Shown here one piece after another: positions 25,831-37,090 of a DNA stretch of 64,000 bases (positions are counted from its first letter, which is position 1; each line of letters opens with the position of its first letter). The notes beneath the pieces were generated by a model. That model saw only the letters and a program-made list of their open reading frames with translations. It did not search any database and was not told where the DNA came from. The translations under genes were made by a program, and so were the position numbers. Location: NCBI GenBank assembly GCA_964188305.1, contig OZ076887.1; one strand, written 5' to 3'. Origin of the DNA: Podarcis bocagei. Taxonomy: Eukaryota.

Positions 25831-26812
25831 TAGCTGGCTTGTGTGTGTGGAATGCAGGAGGAATCATCTCGTCCTTTGCTTCAGGTAGCAAAATGACTTG
25901 GGCGTGTGGTAGGCCCAGCCCGGTAGAAATGTGTTACATACTGGCTATAGGAGGAGCCAATCCTCTGTTTGTGTAAATTGCTATATGCAGACAAGCTGGG
26001 GAGTCGGGATTGCCTTTCATGCATGCATTAGAACAGCACGGAAAGCAGCACTGAGGAATCCATGGCAAGTTGCCGATGCCCTTGAGAAGTGTGTCCTCTG
26101 GATAATGGAAATAGTGGTGCTTTGATACTGCGTTTGACTCACTTATTACTGAAATCTGCCTAATACTTCAGAAGACAGACCCACGGCACTGCGGTGCAAC
26201 TTAATAGTCAGGTGCTCTCAGAGGTATGCAGTCCAATTTTTAAATCGAGCCGGCAGTATAAAGCAATCTGGGTTACACATCCTAAGATAATAAAAATGCA
26301 GAACCACAATTACCTGCCTATCCTGGGAAAGAACGAGCTCTGAATACATATAAATGGGAACTGTTAGGGCAGACTCTGAGAATGAGCTACTAAAATGTGT
26401 AGCTTTCAAGAGGACCTGAAATATCTCTCAGATTCACTTTCCAACTGCAGAAAAAATGTACAGATTCAGGAGTTTCTCAAACTATCCTACTCTCACCCAG
26501 CTACCAGTGCATGTATACTCAGAAATAAGCCCCATCTAATCCAGGTGAGTATGTATAGAGTGGCTGCCTACATCTCAGAAACTTTCCACAGTTCACTTCT
26601 CCACCACAACAGCCCCCTACAGAGCCTACTGTTAGGAGCAGTTGCTCATTCAACTCAGTTAGTTTACATTGTTAGCTGCCTCCAGTTCTCCACACCAATC
26701 TATTCAGGAAGCTTAACACCCACACATCTTACCTGAAATAAATCAAATATGGCACTGTTGTGCCCTTTCAATTTTGCAAAGCCTAATGCTAAACATAGCA
26801 ATTTCTCTGTGG

Positions 26813-27082
26813 CAGGGATGACCTGTACTCCTTCACATGCTGCTGAATGGCAATGGCCATCCACCCCGACCATTGGCTATGCTGAGTGGAGCTGGTGGGA
26901 GTTGGACCAAAAGCATCTAGGGCAGGCACCCCCAAACTCGGCCCTCCTGCTGTTTTGGGATTACAGTTCCCATCATCCCTGACTACTGGCTCTGTTAGCT
27001 AGGGATGATGTGAGTTGTAGTCCCAAAACAGCTGGAGGGCCGAGTTTGGGGGTGCCTGATCTAGGGGGACCACCTTTGCCTG
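26813..27082. mobile_element. Old hAT MITE, host of a nested younger MITE
   Basis: ccattggctatgctg..ggagctggtgggagttg..catctagg resembles the 42980-43117 family. Confidence 0.55.
26923..27058. mobile_element. Young hAT MITE, palindromic
   Basis: Long TIR CAGGCACCCCCAAACTCGGCCCTCC / GGAGGGCCGAGTTTGGGGGTGCCTG. Perfect 8-bp TSD atctaggg. Confidence 0.93.
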
Positions 27083-29926
27083 CATTGGGGATCATCTCCA
27101 GACTGGACAAATTTGGCACATTCAAAGAGATAGCTGATCTACCTGCTACCCCCCCTCAGCCCCCTGCTTCCAAATTATTTAATAGACTAACTGTTCCTTC
27201 ATGGAGTCAGGCCTGCTTAGCTTCAGCCATAGAATCGTGCCTTGTGTCTTCAGATGCATATTTCCCCAACAATTTTACCCACTGATTCTGGCTTCTGTTT
27301 ATCATCTGTATAAAATGTATGCTCATTTCTTTTAAAGGCAGCAGTAAGCAGTTGTGATCTTTGCTGGAGGTAACAGCAATGGTGGGCACAAGAGCAGCAG
27401 CAAATGTGGTGAGGAGGCAGCAGGAGTGAGCAAATCTAAACTTCTGGATTTGCTTCTAAAGCTAGTTTGGCATTTGGAATCAAATTAGAACTGGCCAGAT
27501 GAGGGTGTTACACAAAACCACGTGAACAGCCCTACCCTTTCTCAACATGGCATTACTGGTACATGCGCCACGCCACCCAAAATGATGAAGTGGTACCAAA
27601 TAGGTTGGCTGTGATTTCTTGCAAGATGTATATACCAATAGCTGGAAAACAGGTGGTGATCTTGTAGTTTTCACGGCTGCATGTGTGTTTTATGATGCTG
27701 AAGTTTCTTATTCAACAAAGAGTGTGTGAACAGTCACAATACAACACAAAATATGAATTATAATGCCCCATGTTATACATCTACCCTTTGAATTGCATCA
27801 TCATTCTCTGGGGCAAAAAGGGTCATTTTTATGCAAATCCATGTTAATACACAATGACCTCAGTCTGCATTTATAAATTAGGGAACTGTGGCTATGCATT
27901 GGTCCAAATAAACATTGGACCACCCCAAATGGCACATCCACACCAACAGAGAAATGTCTCCTGTGACAAGCCATAGAATGGAGTCCAGCCCACTGCTTTT
28001 GCACAAGACACTGTCAACTATAGCAACCCCAAAAGAAACTTCTCAATTTCACACATGAAATGAAATGTTTATTCAGTTTGCTCCGGCATATGTGGTCTGA
28101 CTTGTTCATTTTCAAATTAATCATCATAATGATCATCCATCTCCTCCTCAAATGGATGTTGGCCGTCCTCTGAACTTAAGCCCTGGTTATCACAGTTGGG
28201 GAGTTTGCACACATAATTATATTCATAACTGTAGACACAAGTAATTATGCTTTAATGCTTCTGCATGAAAATGGCCGTGTCTTATGATGGGGCATCTTGC
28301 CAATCTCGTTCAAATGGAAATTATGTTCCAAACTTGTTGAACTCATATTATATAGACCACTCTGCTTCTTAATGGGAGATGGCAGCAGGAAGTCAACAAT
28401 TCTTTTCTAAACAGCAAATCTTCTGCCCTTTTTAATTGCTAGCTTTAGGACCAAAAGGAGTTTTATTGAGTAAATATATAGTAGATCTTGTTTAAATATC
28501 CAAGCTGTGCAAAAATCTGAAACCAATTAATAACAGCAAGATGAAAGCAGGCTGAACACTGCAGCCATTCTCAAAGGTGAATTTGCCAACTGTATATCAG
28601 AAACGGATTGTCTGTTCACTTTACCTACACAGGAACAAGGAAAAGAAATCTGGGCAGGGGGAAAGGAAGAATGCTATTGATTAACGTGTAACTGAAGCCA
28701 AGCTGCCCTTTCAGTGCTGTTGGCAGGTGTTACTACATTAGCTCTGGATTCATGTGTCTAAACACATCTGCTGACTCCTCCTCCATGCTCAGGGAACAAG
28801 TGCAAGTGCTTCTGGAACACCGATGACTAACACCAATTCATCTCAGTCATCTGAAAACTTTGCTACACTCTAGAGGGTAGAGTGATGGCACATCTGACCT
28901 AGAACTAGTATGCCATATCTAAAACATAAGGGAACCAGGCGTGAGTAACTGGGATTGTTTTGTCAAGATAGTGTGCCCTTGTAAGGTACTCAAAGGAGCA
29001 ACATGGACAAGATCAGAGCTCTTCCAGAAATGAAGTTTTATTGAGGACATGCAAAAAAAGTGTGATCAAGTCATTCACTATGGAAGGCTGTCCCAGAAAT
29101 GGGAGAGAGAGAACAGGTCGCAGGGGAATACTGTCAATGCAGATGTGCATTAAACTGCTTCAGCTTCTGAAGACAGGGACGATGGGAATGTTGTGGCAAA
29201 AACAAAAAAGCTGGTGGAAGAATAAGAGTTAAGAGAATGACTTTATACCTATCATTCATTTTTTCTGTAGGGGGCATGAAGAGGAGATGCATGGCTTTAC
29301 AGTGGAAGAACAGGCACCTGGTCAACATTAGTAAAAAGTTACGGTTTGTTAACAAAAACATGGTAGCTGGACTTACATTTTAGTGTACAGTGCTTCTTAG
29401 AAAGGTCATTTCCAGTCTCAGAATTCTCTGTAGCCAATATGTAGATTGGTACAGTAAGGCTTTGATTAGATTAAAACTGAAATGTTTGGCAGTCATTCGA
29501 TCAATATATCTCACACTAACTGAACAACAGATGGAGCTACCCACTTATTTTAAGGTGCTTGCAAAGGAGAAGGCTGAATTGATCTAGCTGAACTAGAAGC
29601 AGAAGGAAAGGGGATGTAAAACCAGATGTTTCCTGATATGATGCTTTGAGGCTGGGCCTAAGCAGCTTAGAAACTATAAAAACTGTTGTCTGAAGCTCAG
29701 GAATGTGTCTTCTCCTCAAAATCCCGGCAAGAAGTCCCACCTCTGAAGGTACAAAGTGTTTCAACTTTGCTTTAATCTTGTAAGTGTTTAAGCTCTTGCA
29801 GTGTGAGAAGGTGACTGTCAGTTTTCTTGCTAATTAATGAAGTGCCTCAAGCAACATTACCAGCCTACATGTTGGTTGTGTATTATGGTCTGGATGGTGG
29901 ACCAGCCGTACCTCCCACCTCCATAT

Positions 29927-30545
29927 CGTGGGAATGTTAAGGATAGTAGGAAAGGTTATATTAAATAAGTATTATACTTCCTTCACTCACGCTAGCAGAG
30001 CAGATTCCCCTCAATATAGCTGGAAGCAAGTTTGCAGATTCGTTTAAATCTCTTAGTTAAGATTCTTTCCTGGTGTCCCCTTAAATCCCTCTTAAAAGAA
30101 TGAAGACATGATAGTCTTTCTGCGTAAAGTAACAAAAAGTTTACTCACATTTCAGTTCACAATATGATCCCTGAAAGACAGGCTTTACTTAGTTGTTACG
30201 CAACAAAGTGTGAATTCATCTCATAGGGAGACTGAACTCATGTGCTGCTGGCTGAGAGCCAGCAGACAGCAAAATTACATTAAGATAATAAAATGGCTGC
30301 AGGAGAGCAGAATGGCAGCAAAAGATAGAACAAGACAAAACTGCAAGTGAGAAAATGCTCTGCGTGACTCAGCTCTTTTAGGGAGCCAGCCAGAGCCACG
30401 CCCATCTCCCAGGTCACATGCAGGGAGAGGAAGCTCCAGACCAGTGGAACAGGACATTACACTGATTGGATGTTCCCCTGCCTTTGCCCACTCTGGGGAA
30501 ATAAGGAATGTTGCATTTGACTGCACCAATGGATTACATCCCACA
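29927..30545 (-). mobile_element. Solo LTR (~619 bp) with 5-bp TSD
   Basis: Termini CGTGGGAATGT...ACATCCCACA (inverted; left end reads CG rather than TG). TSD catat at 29922-29926 and 30546-30550. Minus strand shows CCAAT (~30465), GC box (~30398), TAAAAG (~30378) and AGTAAA (~30142). Confidence 0.7.
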
Positions 30546-30555
30546 CATATTTGGG

Positions 30556-30722
30556 TAAATAAATAAAAAATTGTCCAGTAGCACCTTAGAGGCCAACTAT
30601 GTTTGTTCTGGGTATAAGCTTTCATGTGTATGCACACTTATACCCAGAACAAACTTAGTTGGTCTCTAAGGTGCTACGGGACAATTTTTTATTTATTTTG
30701 ACTGCATCAGACCAACACCAGA
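30556..30722. mobile_element. Penelope-like insertion made of two inverted terminal fragments
   Basis: Arms 30557-30618 and 30637-30698 are reverse complements with few mismatches; homologous to 16835-16961. 11-bp TSD acatatttggg. Confidence 0.8.
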
Positions 30723-31007
30723 ACATATTTGGGCAGTTGCTGATTGCTTGTGAGCTGTAGCCACCTTGCAACTCTTGAATACTCTAACTTTAACCGTAGC
30801 AGTGTGGTCCTTTCTTTAGCTTTCTCTAGCTACTTAAGCATGTCATGGTTCTGCATGGAAAAGGACTATCAGGAGGGGCCAACAGGGTGCTTCCTAGTTG
30901 TTGTTGAACTATAACTCCCACACACCCTTGATGCTGGCTGAGGGGGCAGGGGGTGTCAATTAGAGGCCAACAAAAACTGGAGTCCACCACACTGGCTATC
31001 CCAGAGT

Positions 31008-31144
31008 AGAGAAGAAGAAGAAGAAGAAGAAGAAGAAGAAGAAGAAGAAGAAGAAGAAGAGGAGGAGGAGGAGGAGGAGGAGGAGGAGGAGGAGGAGGAG
31101 GAAGTTGTTTATTTATACCCTGCCCATCTGGCTGGGTTTCCCCT
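31008..31144 (-). repeat. (AAG)n(GAG)n compound microsatellite as tail of a ~40-bp L2 3' terminus
   Basis: The repeat directly abuts tttatttataccctgcccatctggctgggtttcccc. Confidence 0.9.
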
Positions 31145-32385
31145 GAAGACCACACCACTGAACAGGACTGTTGAACGCAATGTCTTGTGCACACCATCAG
31201 CCTGCACACACAGTGTTGTGCAAATGGCATTGGTGGCTAGATTTCTGTGCAGATGGTAGGTGCAATGCTAGAGGTAGTCATGAGAAAAGACTCCATCCTA
31301 CTATTGGCCAAATTGTCTCCCATTTCAGTGGGGTTCGGCAATAGAACCAAGATCACTATTAGCAGGTAGCATAAAATGCTGGGGGGAGCAAAAAATAGAG
31401 TACATGCATTAGAATTTTTTTTTGGGGGGGGGGCAATTACGTAGAGAAGTAATCCCTAAAGGGTAATGAACCAGAGAAGTAATGCAAGAGGAAGGTATTT
31501 TTGAAACAGATTGTCAAATCAATCTCTCATTATACGCTGCTGCTTTTTAAACAGCATGTTTATGTTTGCTTCTTTAACAACAAGCTTTTGCTTCAACAAG
31601 GGTACATATTTTACTGCTGTCCTCCACAATTAATATTTAAAATGTATATTACACACTTTTGTAACTAGAAAAAACTTGCTGCAGGGATATGTCCTAGTTG
31701 CTCCATCGCCCAGCAAATTCAATATGAATAAAAGCATTTAGTATCCATTATTTTTTAGCACAACCACAATTTAGCCTGAGAATCTTCAATGCTGAGTTTT
31801 CCCCCACCAGGGAATGGGGCTTTAAAAAGCTTTGAACACCATTCATGGGGAGGTTTTCCTGCACAAACTCCATCGACTTGACTGAGAGCAGTACAAGAGC
31901 GCAAGCCTGAAGGAAACCTTTCTGATAGTTTGTGCCCATGGCCCCCCCTCCAGGGTTTGAGAAACAAGGAGCACTTTGCCCATTTCAAAGCAAAACACCA
32001 GCTCAGAAATGTGACTGCCCCACTCTTGAGTGCATTGCATTTAAAGTTCAATCCCTTTCATTTCAAGAGTTCCTATTTTTTAAATGCATTCAGACTTTGA
32101 CAGCTTTAGAAAATGGATTCTTTTTACAGGGGTTACAACTGGCGCTGCATTTTATTCCTACATATCATATGTGGACTGTAGCACCACTGTCTGTTGATAA
32201 CTTAGCTTAAATTTATTTACCATTTTAGAGGTCTCCCTACCATCTTACCAAACTAAACCTAAAACAGTATTGTTACATGCCACTCCCAGTCTCTGCTGAG
32301 TGGTAGCAAGATTCCAGGGAGTTCCAGACATTTACCCATGGTCTGTTTCCTTTCAGAAAATGCGGCACAGTGGAGACTGTGGTCG

Positions 32386-32879
32386 CATGGGTAGGCAAAC
32401 TAAGGCCTAGGGGCCAGATCCGGCCCAATCGCCTTCTAAATCCGGCCTGTGGGTGGTCTGGGAATCAGTGTGTTTTTACATGAGTAGAATGTGCCCTTTT
32501 ATTTAAAATTCATCTCTGGATTACAATGGTACCTCAGGTTAAGTACTTAATTCATTCTGGAGGTCCGTACTTAACCTGAAACTGTTCTTAACCTGAAGCA
32601 CCACTTTAGCTAATGGGGCCTCCTGCTGCTGCTGCGCCGCCAGAGCACGATTTCTGTTCTCATCCTGAAGCAAAGTTCTTAACCTGAAGCACTATTTATG
32701 GGTTAGCGGAGTGTGTAACCTGAAGCGTATGTAACCTGAAGCGTATGTAACCAGAGGTACAGCTGTATTTGTGGGGCATAGGAATTTGTTCATTTTTTCC
32801 CTCTAAAATATAGTCCGGCCCCCCACAAGGTCTGAGGGACAGTGGACCGGCCCCCTGCTGAAAAGTTTGCTTACCCCTG
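32386..32879. mobile_element. Non-autonomous hAT element carrying a nested Tc1/mariner MITE
   Basis: TIR CATGGGTAGGCAAACT / AGTTTGCTTACCCCTG. Flanks tgtggtcg/tgtggtgt. Colinear with the 21371 copy except for the insertion. Confidence 0.88.
32524..32765. mobile_element. Tc1/mariner (Tigger/pogo-like) MITE, 242 bp
   Basis: TA TSD; termini caatggtacctc / gaggtacagctg; near-identical to 47819-48060. Confidence 0.9.
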
Positions 32880-33388
32880 TGTGGTGTCTTCATGATATAT
32901 GATTTATTTACAAATATATACGACTCGAGCCTACGATGGAGGGGCTCACAGCATCAGCATTCCAAGAGGGTCCTGCTTCTCCGATAGGCACAGCTGCATC
33001 CTTGGTCCCTCAAGTCACATCCCAGCTCACTAACCTAAGCACTGGCCTTTTCTAACACAGACAGAAGCCCCCACCCGCTGGCCCTTTCACATCTAGTCCT
33101 TTGATCCTGGTGCTAATGACCCCATTACCCCAGACTAACATCTCAAAGGAAATTACCTGACTCTATTAGTTTCTAACACATGTAGATTCTAAAGGTTTGG
33201 TGAGTTGTCTAATAAATAGCCTAGGAACTTTGGCTGGGTATTAGTTTTTTCACACATACTAATTCCAGAGAATTAAAAGCATCTAACACACATCTTAAAA
33301 CACACAGGTCTAGTAGCAACTAGTTTTAACACATTGCCCTCAATTACATTCTAACACTAACTTGATCTGGAATTTAGGATGTCTTACA

Positions 33389-33730
33389 GCAGGTGGCGCT
33401 GCGGGTTAAACCACAGAGCCTAGGACTTGCCGATCAGAAGGTCAGCAGTTTGAATCCCCACGACGGGGTGAGCTCCCGTTGCTCGGTCCTAGCTCCTGCC
33501 AACCTAGCAGTTTGAAAGCACATCAAAGTGAAAGTAGATAAATAGGTACTGCTCCAGCGGGAAGGTAAACGGCGTTTCCGTGAGCTGCTCTGGTTCGCCA
33601 GAAGCGGTTTAGTCATGCTGGCCACATGACCTGGAAGCTCCCTCGGCCAATAAAGCGAGATGAGCGCCGCAACCCCAGAGTCGGTCACGACTGGATCTAA
33701 TGGTCAGGGGTCCCTTTACCTTTACCTTTA
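33389..33730 (+). mobile_element. Sauria SINE
   Basis: Colinear with the 23458 copy; (ACCTTT)n tail; no long TSD seen. Confidence 0.93.
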
Positions 33731-34917
33731 CATCCACAGATTCATAATACTATACATGCATTATTAATCCAGTATCAATTGCTGTGATATTAATGTTTTG
33801 TTGGATCCTGGAACAGAAGCATCCATAAAGGAGGAGTCATTTATGGCATGTGTAACTTTATCAGAACTGCAGAATTATATAAGGAAATAACAGCACCAAC
33901 CACTGCACAAACTTATCAGTGAAAAGAGATTTGTTGTAAAAAGTTATAAAATGCAGTTGTTAAGTCCAATACATGGTATACCTTTCTCAATAATAGTCCA
34001 ATTGTCCAGTATAATGAATGAAATGTGGACTAATGCACTGCTTATGGTTTGCTTGTTCACGCCATCTGGGTTTGTTTTGCTTTGTTATTTACTTAATGGT
34101 AAGCATTTTTTAGAGGCAATATCCGAAGGGATTTTGTACCATATTTGAAAAATGTAACTAGACTGCATGATTTTACAAGCCACTTGTGGCTGATTCATAT
34201 AACCTACTCTCAGTGTCAGGAAGTAGCTTGCTGTAAAATGGAGGATCTGGAATAAAGTGGTTATGCATCAGAATGAATCTGGTCAGCCCATAGGGAGCTG
34301 AAAGATGAACCTTGGTAAACTCCCTGAAACAGGAATGCCAATGGCATTTGTTTGTTTTTTTGTTTTTTTTTAAATGACTTTTTACTAGGCTTCTAAAATG
34401 TTTCCAATTTTATTGTCCTATATCTATTGTATTCTTCCTGTTTTAACTTTATATTTCCAAAGTTTGACAAAAAGGTGACTTGGCCGTTTAAAAAATACAT
34501 GTAAATATTTATCAGTTCACTGCTTCCGTATGCCTTGTCCAGTCTAGAACCGTCTTTAAAATTACATTATGATAGAATAACTGACTCATGGAAGGTATCC
34601 TTATTCCATGTGTGTGTGGGGGGATCACACCCATGCTCCCAAGACAGGAAAATGTGTGCATTGACTGTTGCAGATGCATAACACCCATGCAAAATCAAAG
34701 CCCCTGTCTGTATCCAGAAGTGGGCGATTTAAACAGAAGACTCCGTGTATGCGCACACGCATACGCTTTATTGTAAATCCTTTTTCAAGTCAGCAGCCCC
34801 CCTCATTCTGCCCACTGCACTTCATAAACAGGTTATTTGAACCCCAACAATTATCACAAATGTCTTGCAATGTAGCCTTGGGAGACAGGAAGCAGCACTA
34901 TGGCATTTGACCTATGC

Positions 34918-35107
34918 TAGAGGTGGGGCATCTTTCCCTAGCCCAAGGCCCACATTCTTTTCTAGGCAACCTTCTGGGGGCCACAGCTGGTGGTGGGAGG
35001 GGCCAGAGGCAAAAGTAGGCAGGGCAATGAATGTAAAGTTTGTTTTTGTAAACACATATCTTTGCTCCATCCAAGCATCCATCCTTGGGCCTGAGGTTCC
35101 TCACCTT
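34918..35107. mobile_element. Decayed non-autonomous hAT-like element
   Basis: tagaggtggggcatct...gaggttcctcacctt termini resemble other hAT MITE ends in the window. Confidence 0.5.
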
Positions 35108-36290
35108 TATACATGTACTTGGATTAGTTCAGCCAGAAAAGAGTTCCTTTTTTAAAAAAAACCATATTGCAGTAAAATATGGAAGCACTTTAAAGTGAAT
35201 ATGCAATGGTCTATTATTGAATGGAAAATACAGCCATGGGTTCTTCTATTTGTGTGTGAACTGAGACCCACAAACTGCCCTGTATATAGGCCATAAAGTG
35301 ATCCTGACCTGAAGACAATACATAAAGCAGACTTGTAATAAGCTACTGCTCCTTCAAGAAGCTGCACCACTTTGCTTTGGCAGTTTGCTGCTGAGTGCTT
35401 TTGAAATAAATTGGTTTTGAAACATGCTGCTGAGGAATATCGCTTCTTTCTGCATTTGGTCATGCTTCTGCAGAGGCCTGTACACTCCAGAACACCTGTT
35501 ATGTTTCCCCAGTTTTCCCTTTGGGGCAACGCTTGTTGTTGTTTTGCTGCTAGACTTTGCCCATTAAAAATCGAAAGGTTCAGTGCTTTCGCCAGAAAAA
35601 GCAGGGAGGTGAATTTGTCTGCTCTGCCTTACCTCTAGCAAGATAAGAACAGCAAGAAGCAGGGAGCATATATCTTCTCACATTCTGAGTGTGTTGTGTG
35701 GGTCAGCACCTCAGCAGGAACACTGCTCAGGATTTGCAATACCGATCAGAACATATCACATAAAAAGGTGCACAAAAGCTACTTGGTCGCTCACCCTTGG
35801 TGGCAGGTATGACCTTTCAGTCTGAAAGCAGTTCTTTAAAAAACAAACAAACCAGCAACAGCCTGCATCCTGCCAAGAATTGAACTGCAAATGGAGATTT
35901 TCTGCCTTTCAACCCAACCTTCTCCACTGCCACCCTCCTTACCCAAACCAGTTCAGCCAATGACTGGGTTTTAAGTACCAAGATAATACTGGGATTGTCC
36001 ACTGTACTCAGGCTACCAAACGTGGCACCATCTTTTAGAAACATAGAACTGGAAGGGACCCAAAGCGTCATCTGGTGCAACCCCCTCCAATGGACAAGTC
36101 ATTAACAGCAATGACTTCAGGAAACCTATACTAAATTAGCAATCTGGTTTGGTTTGAGAGAAGTAGTTTAGAAAAAAGACCAAGTGATCCAAGATCCATC
36201 ATCATTGGATTCAGAGGTCCTGTCTGCTCCTCAAGGTCCTTGACCTGAGGAATGTCTGGTTTACCCACTGAGGGCTCCATGTCTGCTATG

Positions 36291-36334
<44 letters not shown>

Positions 36335-36870
36335 TATTATTATTATTATTATTATTATTATTTATATCCCACCCTCCCCAGCCGAAGCCAGGCTCAGAGC
36401 GGCTAACAACAATAAAAGTAACACTGCATTCTAAAATCAATTCATTCTAAAATCAATTCCAAATCAAATTAATGGCAACCATTGGGCTAGAGTTCTGTGA
36501 GGATTACCAAAGGAGGGGGTCAGACTGTGCCCTGGCCAAAGGCCTGGTGGAACAGCTCTGTCTTGCAGGCCCTGCGGAAAGATGTCATGTCCCACAGGAC
36601 CCTAGTCTCTTGTGACAGAACGTTCCACCAGATCGGGGCCACAGCCGAAAAAGCCCTAGCTCTGGTTGAGGCCAGCCTAACCTCCCTGTGGCCCGGGACC
36701 TCCAAGATGTTTGTGTTTGAAGACCGTAAGTCCTCCGTGGGACATACCAGGAGAGGCGGTCCCGTAGGTACGAGGGTCCTAGACTGTATAGGGCTTTAAA
36801 GGTTAACACCAGCCCCTTAAACCTGATCCTGTACTCCACCGGGAGCCAGTGCAGCTGGTATAGCACCAGG
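36291..36870 (-). mobile_element. 5'-truncated L2 LINE (second subfamily) with (AAT)n(ATT)n tail
   Basis: Minus strand encodes LYQLHWLPVEYRIRFKGLVLTFKAL..GPSYLRDRLSWYVP and RARAFSAVAPIWWN..FRRACKTELF. Confidence 0.9.
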
Positions 36871-36962
36871 TATACCAGTCAAGGGTAGGCACAACATCTG
36901 GCAATATACCCATTTCAAAACAGTTTAATCCATCTTGAATCCTTCCGCTCCCTTCTCCCTTG

Positions 36963-37090
36963 AGGAAGGGCCAAAGCTCAGTGGCAGAGCATATTTATTG
37001 CATGAAAACTGTCCCAGATTTATACATCTCCAAGCAGGGATCCACACAGAAAAACTGAATAGATAATACTGAGCTAAATGAACAAATGGG
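36963..37090 (+). mobile_element. Decayed tRNA-headed SINE (Squam2-like)
   Basis: gaagggccaaagctcagtggcagagcat head; tagataatactgagctaaatg near the 3' end. Confidence 0.6.

Noticed and set aside
32560-32750. Regularly recurring taacctgaa(g) units resembling a repeat-spacer array
   Set aside because: Internal sub-terminal repeats of a Tc1/mariner MITE; eukaryotic context, not CRISPR.
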